Below, piece after piece: positions 11,258-21,902 of a stretch of 64,000 nt of DNA. This stretch comes from an uncultured bacterium. Its GTDB lineage: Bacteria > Verrucomicrobiota > Verrucomicrobiia > Limisphaerales > UBA8199. The stretch's first letter is position 1. Each line of letters opens with the position of its first letter. A program made the position numbers and the translations under genes. Location of the stretch: contig CAVVMW010000022.1 of assembly GCA_963749495.1 (NCBI GenBank), forward strand, positions 522,628 through 586,627, written 5' to 3'. The notes below the pieces were generated by a model. The model was not told the DNA's origin, ran no database searches, and saw only the letters and a program-made list of their open reading frames with translations.

Positions 11258-11633
11258 AAAGTCGGTTTCTCGTAAATTGCGGTCCAGGAGTATCCCAGAC
11301 TCCAGGCCCAAGTGTCGAGTGTAGAAATGGGTGCCATTGAAAGCGGGGCGCACGACCGATTTCTTCGAGCGCCCATCCTGCCGCCTAAAGGCGGCGTTCC
11401 GGTTGGCTGCGGAACGCCGCCTTAGGCGGCAGCGAAGAATTCTGTCCTGCGCCCTTGAAAGCGCCGGGCAGGCGCCTCGGGAGTTTTGTCCCGGAGGGAC
11501 ATCTGTTATGTGAAGCTTCACATAACACATGACAATCGCCCGGCGTTTCAACGCCGGGAAGGCCACAAAGGGGACCCTCGTCCTGAAGGGACGGCTGAGA
11601 GCACTCCTTGCGTCCCTCGCCCCTCGCCCCTTT

Positions 11634-14600
11634 TCAGTCTTCGGCAAACAAGTAGTCCAGGTCGGCTTTGGTGAGGCTGCGGGCGAAACCTTCCTCGCCC
11701 AGGACGTTGGCGATGGTCTGGGCCTTGCTCTGCTGGAGTTCCCAGATTTTCTCCTCGACGGTGCCTGGGGAGATGAGGCGGTAGGCGTTGACGGTTTGGG
11801 TCTGGCCGATGCGGTGGGAGCGGTCGATGGCCTGGGCCTCGACAGCGGGGTTCCACCAGGGGTCGTAGAGGACCACGTAGCTGGCGGTGGTCAAGTTCAG
11901 GCCGGTGCCGGCGGCGCGGAGGCTGAGCAGGAAGATGGCGGGCCTGGGGTCGTTCTGGAAGGCATTGACGACCTGCTGCCGCTCCTTGGTCTGGCCGGTG
12001 AGGATATGGGTGGCGAACTGGCGCTGGGCGCATTCGCCCTCCAGCAAGAGCAGCATCTGGACGAACTGGCTGAAGACCAGGACCTTCTGCCCCTCGGCCA
12101 CGAGCGCATCGAGCAGTTCGAACAAGGTCTCGGTCTTGCCTGAAGGGCAATCGTTGCCGACGAGCCTGGGGTGGCAGCAGATCTGGCGCAGGCGTGTCAG
12201 GGCGGCCAGGACGTGCATCTGGCTCTTGTGGAGGCCCTTTTCGGCCACGGTCTTCATGACCTGCTCGCGGCTGCGGCGCAGTTCGGCCAGGTAAAGCTTG
12301 CGCTGCTCGTCGTCGAGTTGGCAGTCGCGCCGCTGCTCGATGCGCTCGGGCAGGTCTTTGGCGACGTGCTTCTTGAGGCGGCGCAAGAGCAGGGGGCGCA
12401 GTTTGGAGGAAAGCCGGCGCCGGGCGATGCGCTGGGCCGACTCGGCGTTGTCGCCGCGCGGCTCGTAGGTCTCGGAGAACTGGTCCTGGTTGCCGAGGTA
12501 GCCCGGCTGGATGAAATCGACGATGCTCCACAAATCGAGCAGGCGGTTCTCCAGCGGGGTGCCGGTCAGGGCCAGCCGGTGCTCGGAGCGCAACTGTTTG
12601 ACCGACTGGGTGACCTGGGCGCCGGGATTCTTGATGAATTGGGCCTCGTCGAGGATAGCGGCGCGGAAGGCGAACTTCTGGAGTTCCTCGAGGTCGCGGC
12701 GGAGCAAGGCGTAATTGGTGACGATGAGGTCGTGCTGGGGGATTTGCTTGCGGAGGTTGTGGCGGGCGGCGCCGCTCTCCAGGACCAGCACCTTCAACTG
12801 CGGGGTGAACCGGTTGGACTCGCGCCGCCAGTTGTGCAGGACCGAGGCGGGGCAGATGACCAGCGAGGGTTTGGGGTGTCTGGGATTGCACGCCTTGAGC
12901 CAGGCCAGCCAGGACAACGTCTGGAGCGTCTTGCCCAGGCCCATGTCGTCGGCCAGGATGCCGCCCAGCTTGATCCGCGTCAGGTGGCACAGGAAGTCGT
13001 AACCGTCCTTCTGGTAGGGCCGCATCTGCGCGCACAGGCCGCCGGGCAGGTCCGTCCCGGCAATGCCCTTGAAGTCCTTGAGCCGCTGGCGCAGCGCCCC
13101 CGCCTGCGGCGTGTCGGCAAACCGCTTTAACCCCTCTTCGTCCAGGTGCGCGACGTTCTCCAGGCCGATGCGCTGCGCCCCCGCGGCCAGGCCGTCCACG
13201 CCCAGGTCCGCCATCGTCTCGTGCGCCGCTTGCACGGCGGCGCTGTCCAATTCCACCCAGCCCGAGTCGGGCAGTTTGACGAACCGGCCGGTGGCGGTTT
13301 GGAGGCGCTGGAGGTCGGCGGCACTCAACTGGAGGCCCTCCTGCTCCCACTGGGCGGAGACCGACAGCCAATCAATGCCGCTGCCCCGGACAATGATTCG
13401 CGGGCGCAACTGGCGCGGGGCCAGGAACAGCCGGTGAAAGGCCGGGTTGCCCAGGTACTGGGCCTGGGCGGGGCGATTGGCCCAGGCCTGGGCCAGCGCG
13501 CCCAGGAAGGCCTCCGTGGCGTCGCCCACCCACAGGCCGGGCTCGGGCGTGAACCAGTCCAATTGCCGCAGCCATTGGCTGGCCGGCTCCAGGCGCGGGT
13601 CGTCCAGCAGTTCCGGTTTGTCGCTCGGCCCTCGATTGGGCTGGCGCAACTGCCATTCATGGCCGGTAAAAATCCAGACGCTCTGGTCGCGCTGGCTGTG
13701 GGCCAGCAGTCGCAGGCGCACAGTGTCCTGGAGCAACTCGAAGATAAACTCCGGGGCGGCCGCGTGGGTCACGCAAAGCTGCTCCCAGTCCACGCCGCGA
13801 TCCGACTGCGTCCGGCGCAGGTGCATGAGCAGGCGATGGCTGAGCTTGCGCACCGGCACCGAGGGCTGGCCGGCCCAATGCGCCAGCAATTGGGGCGGCG
13901 GCGCATTGCGCACCAGGTAGAAGCTGTGCCCTGCCAGGGCCAGGGGCGGCTGATGGCTGAAGAACCGAACGTCAGCCAGATTGTGGGGGAGGCCCCCGGG
14001 GACGCTCAGCCGATGAGTCAAAGAGAGTTCGGTCTGGCCGTTCTCCAGGTGAGGCGTCAACTCGGCCACTTGGCCGTGAAATTCGAGCGGTTGGGCTCCT
14101 GGCCTGGCCCCGAGGCCAACTCCAGCCGCCGGGACCGGCCCCAGCGCGCCAGCCAGTGCAGCAGGTCCAGCTCGGACAAGACCACCGCCTCGCCCTGGAC
14201 CGGGTCGGCCTTGGGCGGCGTCTGGGCCAGCCACTGGATGAATTCCCAGTCGGCTGGCGGGAAGAGCTCCTGCTCGTGCGCCGCACGGGTCGTCAATTCG
14301 AGGATGTCGGCCAGTTTCTTGAGCTTTTCCCCGGTGCGCGGGCGCAGCAGGTGGAAGCGCACCGCCAGCCTGAAGAAGGCGGGCAGGTCCGGGTGCGGCT
14401 GGGGCTGGCACAGGACGCGCAAGGCGGCGCGCGGGCTGTCCAGGTGGGCCGGTTTGGGCGGGAACAGCCAGGCCTCCAGCAGTTGGACCAACTGCCGCTG
14501 CTGGCTGGCCTGCTCGACCTGCGCGAACCGGTCCAGGTTGGCGTAAGGCCCCAGCTCGGTCGGCATCGAACGCTTGGCCCGCAGGAACAGAAAGGCCATC

Positions 14601-14914
14601 TCCTCCAGGCGCGCCTGGCCCTGCGCCGCCAGGAGCCGCGCCCACCAATCCGTGCCCGGAAAGTCCTTGCGCGAGAGCGAAAGCTTCTCGAAGTAGTCCT
14701 CCAGCAGCAGCCACGCCCGTTGCGAATCGGCGCAGGCCGCAAAGCTGCGCAGCAACTCCCCCCGCTCGGCTACCGCCGCCTTCGAGTCCGCCAATTCCCG
14801 GCGCAGGTCGGCCAGCGCCCCGTAGGTCTTCGAGAGTACGGTGTTCTGAGCGTCGTACTTGGACGCCAGGCCAGCCCTCAAGCAGGTTCCATTTCTGACT
14901 AAAACTCTAGCCAT
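11634..14914 (-). CDS. SNF2/SWI2-family helicase, apparent frameshift at ~14090
   Basis: GGILADDMGLGKTLQ, LDEAQFIKN, ALTGTPLEN, AAGTGLNLT..DPWWNPAVEAQAIDRSHRIGQ; N-terminus encoded by ORF 14057..14944. Confidence 0.9.
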
Positions 14915-15131
14915 CTGACTGCGCCCCGATAGGGGTTCTACCATCTCCTCACAGAATGGCCGGTTTGGTCAATAGAAATGTAAAGATTTTTTGTAAGGTC
15001 TGTTAGGCCCCAGTCAGAGCGGGATGGGCAGCACGGGCGGACCCCTCATCCCGGCCCTCTCCCCATCGGATGGGGGGTGTCCACGGCCACCTTCGCTGCG
15101 TCGCTCCGCGCCGCCCGCGCTGCCCCCGGCT

Positions 15132-15325
15132 CACCGCGTAGCGGTGCCCGACGGTAGCCGTGGACTTCCAGTCCACGGACCCATGGCGCAAGCTCAACCG
15201 CGTCGCGTAGCGACGCCTGAAAACCGCAACGCTGTCGGGCGTCGCTACGCGACGCGCGATCATTCCAATGCCCTGAACCGTGGACCGAGGTCCACGGCTA
15301 CCTTCACTGCGTCGCTCCGCGACGC
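15132..15325. repeat. ~200-bp REPIN-like composite palindrome (inverted relative to copies at 34.2 and 34.9 kb)
   Basis: ggtagccgtggac..gtccacgg, cgtcgcgtagcgacgc, gtccacggctaccttcactgcgtcgctccgcgacgc. Confidence 0.85.
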
Positions 15326-15355
15326 GCGATGATTCCCCCGCCCCTTCCCCCTATT

Positions 15356-17605
15356 CTATCGCGCTGAGGACGGCTCCAGTTGACGGGACATCGAGAACTC
15401 CAGGACCGCATAGCCGTCGATCTGGAAGTGCTCGACCACGATTTCCACGGTCCGGTCGGCCTCGACCGTCAGTTTCCCCGTGTCCCGCGTCGGGCCGTGC
15501 CAGGTCCAGTTCTCGATGACCGGCCGGCCGTTGACGCTGACCCGGACACCGTCGTCGCTGAGCGTGGTGAATTGCCAGGTTCCCTTGGCCAAGGGCAGGC
15601 GGGTCCGAGCCACCATGCCGAAGTGGTGTTGAGGGAGTTTGGCGGCGGTGATCTTCTCCGAGATGCCGATGTCGCTGGGTCCGCGCATGCCGTACTTGAG
15701 GGAGAGTTCCTCGATCAGGTCCGAGACCGCCGAGGGGCCCTCGGCCAGTTTGCGGTAGCCGTCAAGGTCCTTGCGTGGATCCACTGTGGCTGGCCAGGGG
15801 AAAAAGGTGGCCTGCCACCGGGCGGCCAGGAGCGTCCCGTGAAACTGCGCCAGGGGTTTTCCGGCGGCGCTCACGCTCAGCCGATAATCCTGGACGCCGG
15901 GTTGGGTGGCGGACACGGTGACGCGGGACTCGTCGGTTTTCCCGGGCACTGGCTCCAGGAGGCCCTTGACGCGGTCGCCCGCCGTTTCCACCTCCAGGTC
16001 CGCCGCCGGCACCTTGAGCACTTCATAAACAGCCGAGCCGCCGGCAGACCCGGCCAGGCGCACCAGGGGAGTGACATGGTCCCAAGGGCCCCACTCGGTC
16101 ATGATGATGTTCTGGCGGCCGCGCAGTTGGGGCCTGGCGCCCACGGGATGCCTCTTGCCCAGGGCTTGGTATCCGGTCTGCCATGGCGGCACGGCCAGGC
16201 GCTCGTCGCGCAGGACCTCGTAGGCTGGTTCGTCGATCATCTCCTTGCCGACGCCGGCCAGCAGGTTGGAGCCGAGCGTTGCCTGGCCGGGCCCGCGGAA
16301 GTGGAATGCAACGGTGTCGCCCTGGAAGGAGTTGGCGGCGATGACCGAGCCCGTGGAGGCATACCCATTGGCCTGGGCCCAGCCCCGCTTGTCGAAGTCC
16401 GGGTTGGGCCCGCCCCAGAGATGGACGCCGCACTTGTTCGTCACGAACGAATTGCACACAATCGAGTTGTCGCCGCCGTGATCGATATTCACGCCCCCGC
16501 GCTCCAGGCCGTAGCCCATCTCGCCGTTGGCCTCGAAGAGATTGCCGGCGATGAGCGTCTGGCGGGAGTAGCCCGCCCAAACACCGCAGATAGCATTGCC
16601 CACAAGCCGGTTGTCGAGGTACTTGTTCCCGAACGAAAACGTGTTCTCGATGCCGTGGGCGGCCGCATAAGAAAAGTCATTGCCCACCAGCAAGTTGCCC
16701 GTGTTGCCCCGGCCTTTGTGCCACTCGACCGGATGGTCGCCGACCTCGCCGAGGGCCTCGCGCCCCGCAAAACCAAAAAAACCGTCGCCGCCGTGGGTAA
16801 CGGAGTTCTCGGCGAAGACGTTCCGGTTGTTCTGCTCGAAGACAAAGAGGCCGGCCGAATCCTGCCCGCGGTTATAGACGCCGTGGCTGTAGCCGCGGAC
16901 GCAAAAGTCCACCGCATTGCGGCTGATGAGGTTGTCCGAACACCGCCACAGGGCGATGCCCCAGCCGGAATTGAACGAGAAATCATTGTCATAGACCTTC
17001 GCGCCGGTGACCCGGTCCAGGCAGAGGGCGTTCTGGCCGTGCCAGGCGCGGCAGTCGCGGACGATCACATTGGCCGATTGCTCGAGGTAGATGGCGGCGG
17101 CGTAATTGGTGAGCCACTCCTTGCGGTCGTTGTTGTGGCCGAAAAGCCAGTCGGAGCCGTCTTCGGCCAAGGGAGTCGATTTCAACCGGGCGCGCCGGCT
17201 GTCCGAGGCATCCAAGCCCTCCAGCACCAGGCCATCGGCCCGGCTCGCCCAGAGGCCGCACCAGAACCCGCTAATGCGCGCCCCGCGAATGGTGACGTCG
17301 CTGTGGCCGTCCAGGCGGATGCCGCAGCCTTTGTATTGGTCGGGCGGCGTATCGGCCCGCGCCCCCCTGAGCACGGAGCCTTGCGCGAAGTCCAGTTCGA
17401 TGCCCGGCGCGCCGATCTGGATGACGCCCTCGCCGTCGTCCTCGATGACTGCGCCCGGCGCAATCACCACGCGGCAGGACTGCGTGATCACCGTGTGCCC
17501 CGCCTTGGTTTCAAGGGTTGGCAAGTCCGCCGCCGCCCGGACCCCGCCGCAGCCCAGCAATGAGGCGAACAAGAATAGTAACCAACGGCTTCTGGGCTGT
17601 ATCAT
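15356..17605 (-). CDS. Secreted right-handed parallel beta-helix protein with C-terminal PA14 domain
   Basis: Signal peptide; Asn-rich beta-helix repeats (NDFSFNSGWGI, NSVTHGGDGFF); SDDGVRVSVNGRPVIENWTWH PA14 motif. Confidence 0.8.
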   Translation of the reverse strand: MIQPRSRWLLFLFASLLGCGGVRAAADLPTLETKAGHTVITQSCRVVIAPGAVIEDDGEGVIQIGAPGIELDFAQGSVLRGARADTPPDQYKGCGIRLDGHSDVTIRGARISGFWCGLWASRADGLVLEGLDASDSRRARLKSTPLAEDGSDWLFGHNNDRKEWLTNYAAAIYLEQSANVIVRDCRAWHGQNALCLDRVTGAKVYDNDFSFNSGWGIALWRCSDNLISRNAVDFCVRGYSHGVYNRGQDSAGLFVFEQNNRNVFAENSVTHGGDGFFGFAGREALGEVGDHPVEWHKGRGNTGNLLVGNDFSYAAAHGIENTFSFGNKYLDNRLVGNAICGVWAGYSRQTLIAGNLFEANGEMGYGLERGGVNIDHGGDNSIVCNSFVTNKCGVHLWGGPNPDFDKRGWAQANGYASTGSVIAANSFQGDTVAFHFRGPGQATLGSNLLAGVGKEMIDEPAYEVLRDERLAVPPWQTGYQALGKRHPVGARPQLRGRQNIIMTEWGPWDHVTPLVRLAGSAGGSAVYEVLKVPAADLEVETAGDRVKGLLEPVPGKTDESRVTVSATQPGVQDYRLSVSAAGKPLAQFHGTLLAARWQATFFPWPATVDPRKDLDGYRKLAEGPSAVSDLIEELSLKYGMRGPSDIGISEKITAAKLPQHHFGMVARTRLPLAKGTWQFTTLSDDGVRVSVNGRPVIENWTWHGPTRDTGKLTVEADRTVEIVVEHFQIDGYAVLEFSMSRQLEPSSAR

Positions 17606-17660
17606 GGACCTACGCTCTCAGGTTAGCGCTCGGCCGTCAATCGCGATGGGGTGGCCACAG

Positions 17661-17723
17661 GGCAAAATCATTGTTGGCAGAATCATTAAAAAGAAAATGA
17701 TTTTGCCAACAATGATTTTGCCT
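17661..17723. repeat. REP-like palindrome
   Basis: ggcaaaatcattgttggcagaatcatt...aatgattttgccaacaatgattttgcc. Confidence 0.75.
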
Positions 17724-17811
17724 TGCGGCGGCAGTCCATTCAGCGGTTGACTGGCATTCTTGTTTGGGGCATTTTGCCCGCAAATTCCAGGATTCTGGAG
17801 AATCCGGCTGA

Positions 17812-18603
17812 GTGCACCCAATAGCTTTTCATTTAGGCGGGCTGATCATCCACTGGTACGGGGTGATGGTGGCGCTGGGCTTTCTGGTCGGGCTGTGGCT
17901 GGCGGGCCGGCGCGGGCGGCTCGAGGGCGTTGCGGCCGAGAAGGTGCTGGACGCGGGACCGTGGCTGATTGTGGGGGCCATTCTCGGGGCGCGGAGCCTG
18001 TTCGTAGCCACTTACTGGCGGGAGCAATTCGCCGGCAGGCCGTTTTTCGAGGTCTTCATGATTTGGCACGGCGGGCTGGTCTATTACGGGGGCCTGATCG
18101 GCGCCTCGGTTGCCTGCGTGCTCTACGCGCGCCTCAAGCAGGTGCCCCTTTGGAGGCTGGCGGACATCCTGGCCCCGAGCATCGCCTTGGGACAGGCCCT
18201 GGGGCGCATCGGCTGCCTCCTCAACGGGTGCTGTTACGGGCGCCCCTGCCAGTTGCCCTGGGCCATCCGGTTCCCCGAACACAACGCGGCCGGCGCTCCT
18301 TCCACTCCGGTGCATCCAACCCAAATCTACGAGTCGCTGCTGAGCCTCGCCTTGTACGCGGGGCTGGCCTGGCTCTACCGGCGCAAGAAGTTCGACGGCC
18401 AGGTCTTCGGCCTCTACATGGTCGGCTATGCGCTGTTCCGGTCCTTTGTCGAGATGTTCCGCGGCGATTATCCCCAATACCAATACCTGGGCGGCTGGGC
18501 TACCCCGGCCCACCTGGTCAGCCTCTTTCTCCTGGGGGCCGGCCTGGTCCTGCTTTGGAGGCTCCCCCGCCCTGCCCTGGCGGGTAAACCAGGACATGGC
18601 TGA
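17812..18603 (+). CDS. lgt: Prolipoprotein diacylglyceryl transferase
   Basis: HPI..IHWYG, GGLVYYGGLIG, GRIGCLLNGCCYG, HPTQIYE, VEMFRGD. Confidence 0.95.
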   Translation: MHPIAFHLGGLIIHWYGVMVALGFLVGLWLAGRRGRLEGVAAEKVLDAGPWLIVGAILGARSLFVATYWREQFAGRPFFEVFMIWHGGLVYYGGLIGASVACVLYARLKQVPLWRLADILAPSIALGQALGRIGCLLNGCCYGRPCQLPWAIRFPEHNAAGAPSTPVHPTQIYESLLSLALYAGLAWLYRRKKFDGQVFGLYMVGYALFRSFVEMFRGDYPQYQYLGGWATPAHLVSLFLLGAGLVLLWRLPRPALAGKPGHG

Positions 18604-18692
18604 ACGTTTCATGTTTCACGTTTCAGGTTTGACGCCCTGTGAAAAACCTTAGACCTCGGTTCATAAGTAACCGGACACGCATACACCTCCCA

Positions 18693-18797
18693 GAAAAGCG
18701 GCAGAGGACTGCCGCAGTCCAAAAGGCTTCGCGAAGCAGGGACGCAGCGGAGGTCGCGCTAGCGTCTTGGACTGCGGCAGTCCTCTGCCGCTTTTCT
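18693..18797. repeat. REP family AAAGCGGCAGAGGACTGCCGCAGTCCAA (second copy ~37912-37990)
   Basis: Inverted repeat aaaagcggcagaggactgccgcagtccaa...ttggactgcggcagtcctctgccgctttt. Confidence 0.85.
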
Positions 18798-18885
18798 TCG
18801 GGAGCTCAATCTCCAAGGCGGTGCCGAGGGGCAAAGATTGCTTTGCTCGACCCTCCGATGTCTGGCTGCCTGTGAAAGGAGGTCT

Positions 18886-19923
18886 ATGCCATGCCGTAAC
18901 GACATACCCCCACTCGCTCCTCCCCTCCCGGCCGGCGGCATCCTGTTGCTGGCGGGGCCGACGGCCGCGGGCAAGTCGGCGCTGGCCCTGGAGTTGGCCC
19001 TGCGCCTGGGCGCCGAGATCGTCTCGGTCGACTCGATGCAGGTCTATCGCGGGATGGACATCGGGACTGCCAAGCCGTCGCTCGAGGACCGCGCGCGCGT
19101 GCCGCATCACCTGGTCGATGTGGTGGGAGCCGACGAGCCGTTCGACGCGGCCCAATTCGCGCGCCAGGCGCGCCAGGCGGTGGCGGGCATCCATGCGCGG
19201 GGCCGTCCGGCCATTCTATGCGGCGGCACGGGGCTCTACTTCAAGGCCCTGTTCGAGGGACTGGGCCAGGCCCCGCCGGCCGATGCCACCGTGCGCGCCG
19301 CCCTCCAAGCCACGCCGATGCCCGAGTTGCTGCGCGAATTGGCCGAGCGTGACCCGGCCGCATACGAGCGGATCGACCGCCTCAACCCGCGTCGTGTTAT
19401 CCGCGCCCTCGAGGTCATCCGCTTGACCGGCAGGCCCTTTTCCGAGCAGCGCGCCCGCTGGACGCCCCAACTCCAGTCGCAGGCTCCAGAGGGCGAGCCC
19501 GTCCCTCTGGGTTTCGGCCTCCAACGCTGCCCGGCCGACCTGCGCCGGCGCATCGATGCCCGGGTTGACCAAATGTTCCGCCGCGGGCTGGTGGCCGAGA
19601 CCGAGGGGCTCCTGCGGCAAGGACTCAGCCGGAACCCGACCGCCCTGCAGGCGCTGGGCTACCGCCAGGCCGCCGAATACCTCGCCGGCAGGCGGGACCT
19701 GCCGCAGACTATCGAACTGGTGAAGATCCGCACCCACCAATTCGCCAAACGCCAGATGACCTGGTTCCGCCGGCAAATGCGCCTGCGCTGGATTCACCTC
19801 CAAGAGACGCCCCCAACGCAGGTCCTGGAGGAGATCGAAAGGGCTTTACCTTCCGCCCGCGAACGTCCATCTTCGCCCCCAACAGCGCAACACGAGAGCG
19901 ATGAACAAACTGGCCATCATTAA
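18886..19923 (+). CDS. miaA: tRNA dimethylallyltransferase
   Basis: GPTAAGKS, DSMQVYRGMDIGTAKP, GGTGLY, RRVIRALEV, QALGY, AKRQMTWFR. Confidence 0.96.
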   Translation: MPCRNDIPPLAPPLPAGGILLLAGPTAAGKSALALELALRLGAEIVSVDSMQVYRGMDIGTAKPSLEDRARVPHHLVDVVGADEPFDAAQFARQARQAVAGIHARGRPAILCGGTGLYFKALFEGLGQAPPADATVRAALQATPMPELLRELAERDPAAYERIDRLNPRRVIRALEVIRLTGRPFSEQRARWTPQLQSQAPEGEPVPLGFGLQRCPADLRRRIDARVDQMFRRGLVAETEGLLRQGLSRNPTALQALGYRQAAEYLAGRRDLPQTIELVKIRTHQFAKRQMTWFRRQMRLRWIHLQETPPTQVLEEIERALPSARERPSSPPTAQHESDEQTGHH

Positions 19924-20059
19924 GGAATTCTGGAGTTTCCTGCGCGTGCGCAAGAAGTGGTGGCTGGCGCCCATCGTCATCTTCCTCCTGCTCCTGGGCG
20001 GCCTGTTGATCTTCGCCAAAGGGTCCGCCTTGGCCCCGTTTATCTATAGCCTGTTTTGA
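19901..20059 (+). CDS. DUF5989-family small membrane protein (52 aa, not in the ORF track)
   Basis: MNKLAIIKEFWSFLRVRKKWWLAPIVIFLLLLGGLLIFAKGSALAPFIYSLF; RKKWWL.P...APFIY.LF signature. Confidence 0.88.
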   Translation: MNKLAIIKEFWSFLRVRKKWWLAPIVIFLLLLGGLLIFAKGSALAPFIYSLF

Positions 20060-20165
20060 GTGCGGAGTGCGGAGTGCGGAGTGCGGAATCCGGAACGCGG
20101 GGTGAGCACTGCGGAATGGGGAGTGCGGAGGCCACGTGGCCAGTCTGCACCGGGAGGTCAAGCCG

Positions 20166-20363
20166 ATGACCAACGAAAAACAGGGCCTTCACTATGTTTC
20201 GCCTGCCGAGGTCGAAGGGTTCGATTCTCTGGCGAAACTGGCATTGGATATGCGCTGGTCGTGGAACCACCCCGACGACGAACTGTGGCCCCGGCTCGAC
20301 CAATGGCCAGACTGCGGCAAGACACGAGATGACGCGCGGGCGGCAATTGGTGGGCGCGGGTAG
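20166..20363 (+). pseudogene. N-terminal remnant of alpha-glucan (glycogen) phosphorylase
   Basis: EVEGFDSLAKLALDMRWSWNH..DELWPRLD matches the GlgP N-terminal pattern L..LA.NL.WSW; similarity is lost after ~45 codons. Confidence 0.65.
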
Positions 20364-20599
20364 CGGCTATGTCTATAGCGCGACCGTGCCGGCAACCCGC
20401 CCCGCCCGCGAATACACGCCTCGAGCCGTGCCCCACTTTCCCCAGGCCTCGATCCCCTTGGAGGCCGATTCCATCCTCTGGCAAAGGTGAAACTGAGACG
20501 CCTTGCCCCGGACCAAACCGGCATTCAATTGGTCCGCTGCCCTGCAGCCAAGGAGTAATTGAGTTTGCGAGCGGCTTCAATCCTCGGTAGTTTTGGCTT

Positions 20600-20809
20600 A
20601 TGACGGCAGCGAAAGTCATTGAGGAAATCATGCATCTGCCCCGCGAAGAACAGTCACGCGTGCTTGAATTTGCTCTCGAATTGGCGCGCAGACGTTAGCT
20701 TTCGGGGAAGGAGTTGTCCGTGTTGGCGCAGCGGATGGTGGATTCAGACGATCCCGGTGAGGTGGAGAGACTCAAGTCCGAGATCACGCGCGGCTTTTAC
20801 GGGGAATAA
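20600..20809 (+). pseudogene. Small antitoxin-like gene interrupted by an in-frame TAG (20696-20698)
   Basis: MTAAKVIEEIMHLPREEQSRVLEFALELARRR*LSGKELSVLAQRMVDSDDPGEVERLKSEITRGFYGE; ends 2 nt before the next ORF. Confidence 0.6.
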
Positions 20810-20811
20810 CT

Positions 20812-21057
20812 GTGCCGCGCATTCGGCGACAGAATCTCCCCCGGGACTTATTGGCGCACCTGTTGGAGCGCGTCAAGGGCCGCCATATTCCTGTTGATCA
20901 ACTTGGCGCGCTGGCGGACTGGCTGGCCACGGAGCCCGAGGTTCCTGATGGAAGATGGTTCAAGAGATTTCCCGGAATGATCGTATGTGGTGAGGGCGAA
21001 TTGATTAGGACTTTCCTTCAGGCCGGGCAGGCCGCAATGGGTGAAGAACTGAACTGA
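20812..21057 (+). CDS. Small hypothetical protein, possible toxin partner
   Basis: 81 aa ORF coupled to the upstream small gene; EVPDGRWFKRFPG..VCGEG. Confidence 0.6.
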   Translation: MPRIRRQNLPRDLLAHLLERVKGRHIPVDQLGALADWLATEPEVPDGRWFKRFPGMIVCGEGELIRTFLQAGQAAMGEELN

Positions 21058-21236
21058 TGAAGTTTGGCTGCAATCTGGGAGGGCTCCCGCTTGGGCTCAA
21101 AGAACGCATAGTCAAACACAGAGTCGCGAAGAACACAGAGATTGGTGCTGTTTGTCTTCTCTGCGTTCTTGGCGTCTCTGTGTTTTGAACGGAGTGGTGG
21201 GCCGTGGCGCGAACGCGCAACCGCCCACAGTTTTGA

Positions 21237-21716
21237 TTAAGCCGCCTGTTCCTGTTCCGGGTTCTCGACTTCCGGTTCCGAGGTCAACTCGGCCTCGAAC
21301 GAAGATCGCAGCGCGGGGATTGCTCGCCTTCGACCAGATCCGCCTGCCTCCGCCTCTTGTTGCCCCCGCAACGAGAAACGCGCCCAGGGAATCGCCTTTA
21401 GTCGCGCCTCCTCGATGGGTTCCCCGGTCACTTCGCAAATCCCATAGGTGCCGCACTCGATGCGCCGAATGGCCTCAAGCACCTCAGAGACTGTCTCCTG
21501 CGTCGTACCCGCAACCACGAAGGCCAGGAGGCGCTGAGTTTCCTCCGTGGCGGCTTCACTGAGATCATCCATTTTGACAGTCGATGCGCCATCGGAGGAG
21601 AAGTCCCGCGCGAGCAACCTGTCGCGTTCATCGATGAGGCGTCGGAAGTGAGCGGCCCATTGGGCAGGCACCTTGGAATTTCGCTTGGAACCTAAAATGT
21701 CTGCTGCTGTCGACAT
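21237..21716 (-). CDS. TraR/DksA family protein
   Basis: EAIRRIECGTYGICEVTGEPIEEARLKAIPWARFS; zinc-finger Cys set incomplete. Confidence 0.85.
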   Translation of the reverse strand: MSTAADILGSKRNSKVPAQWAAHFRRLIDERDRLLARDFSSDGASTVKMDDLSEAATEETQRLLAFVVAGTTQETVSEVLEAIRRIECGTYGICEVTGEPIEEARLKAIPWARFSLRGQQEAEAGGSGRRRAIPALRSSFEAELTSEPEVENPEQEQAA

Positions 21717-21902
21717 GCAGTACTTATCGGCAGAAACACCATTCTGTTAAATAGGGAGCGAAATTGGGGAAGACCTAAGCAAGGTTGGTGCTGGCCTCCA
21801 CCACGACGGCCAGTCCGATGCACCCTTATCTGGACGTCCACATAAGGGCGCATCTGACCCCCCTTGACGGTGGCGGTCTCTTGGGCAAAATGTAAGGCCA
21901 GG

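Noticed and set aside
5243..14914. Programmed frameshifting in leuC, coaE or SNF2
   Set aside because: There are no slippery heptamers at the shift points; sequencing error is more parsimonious.
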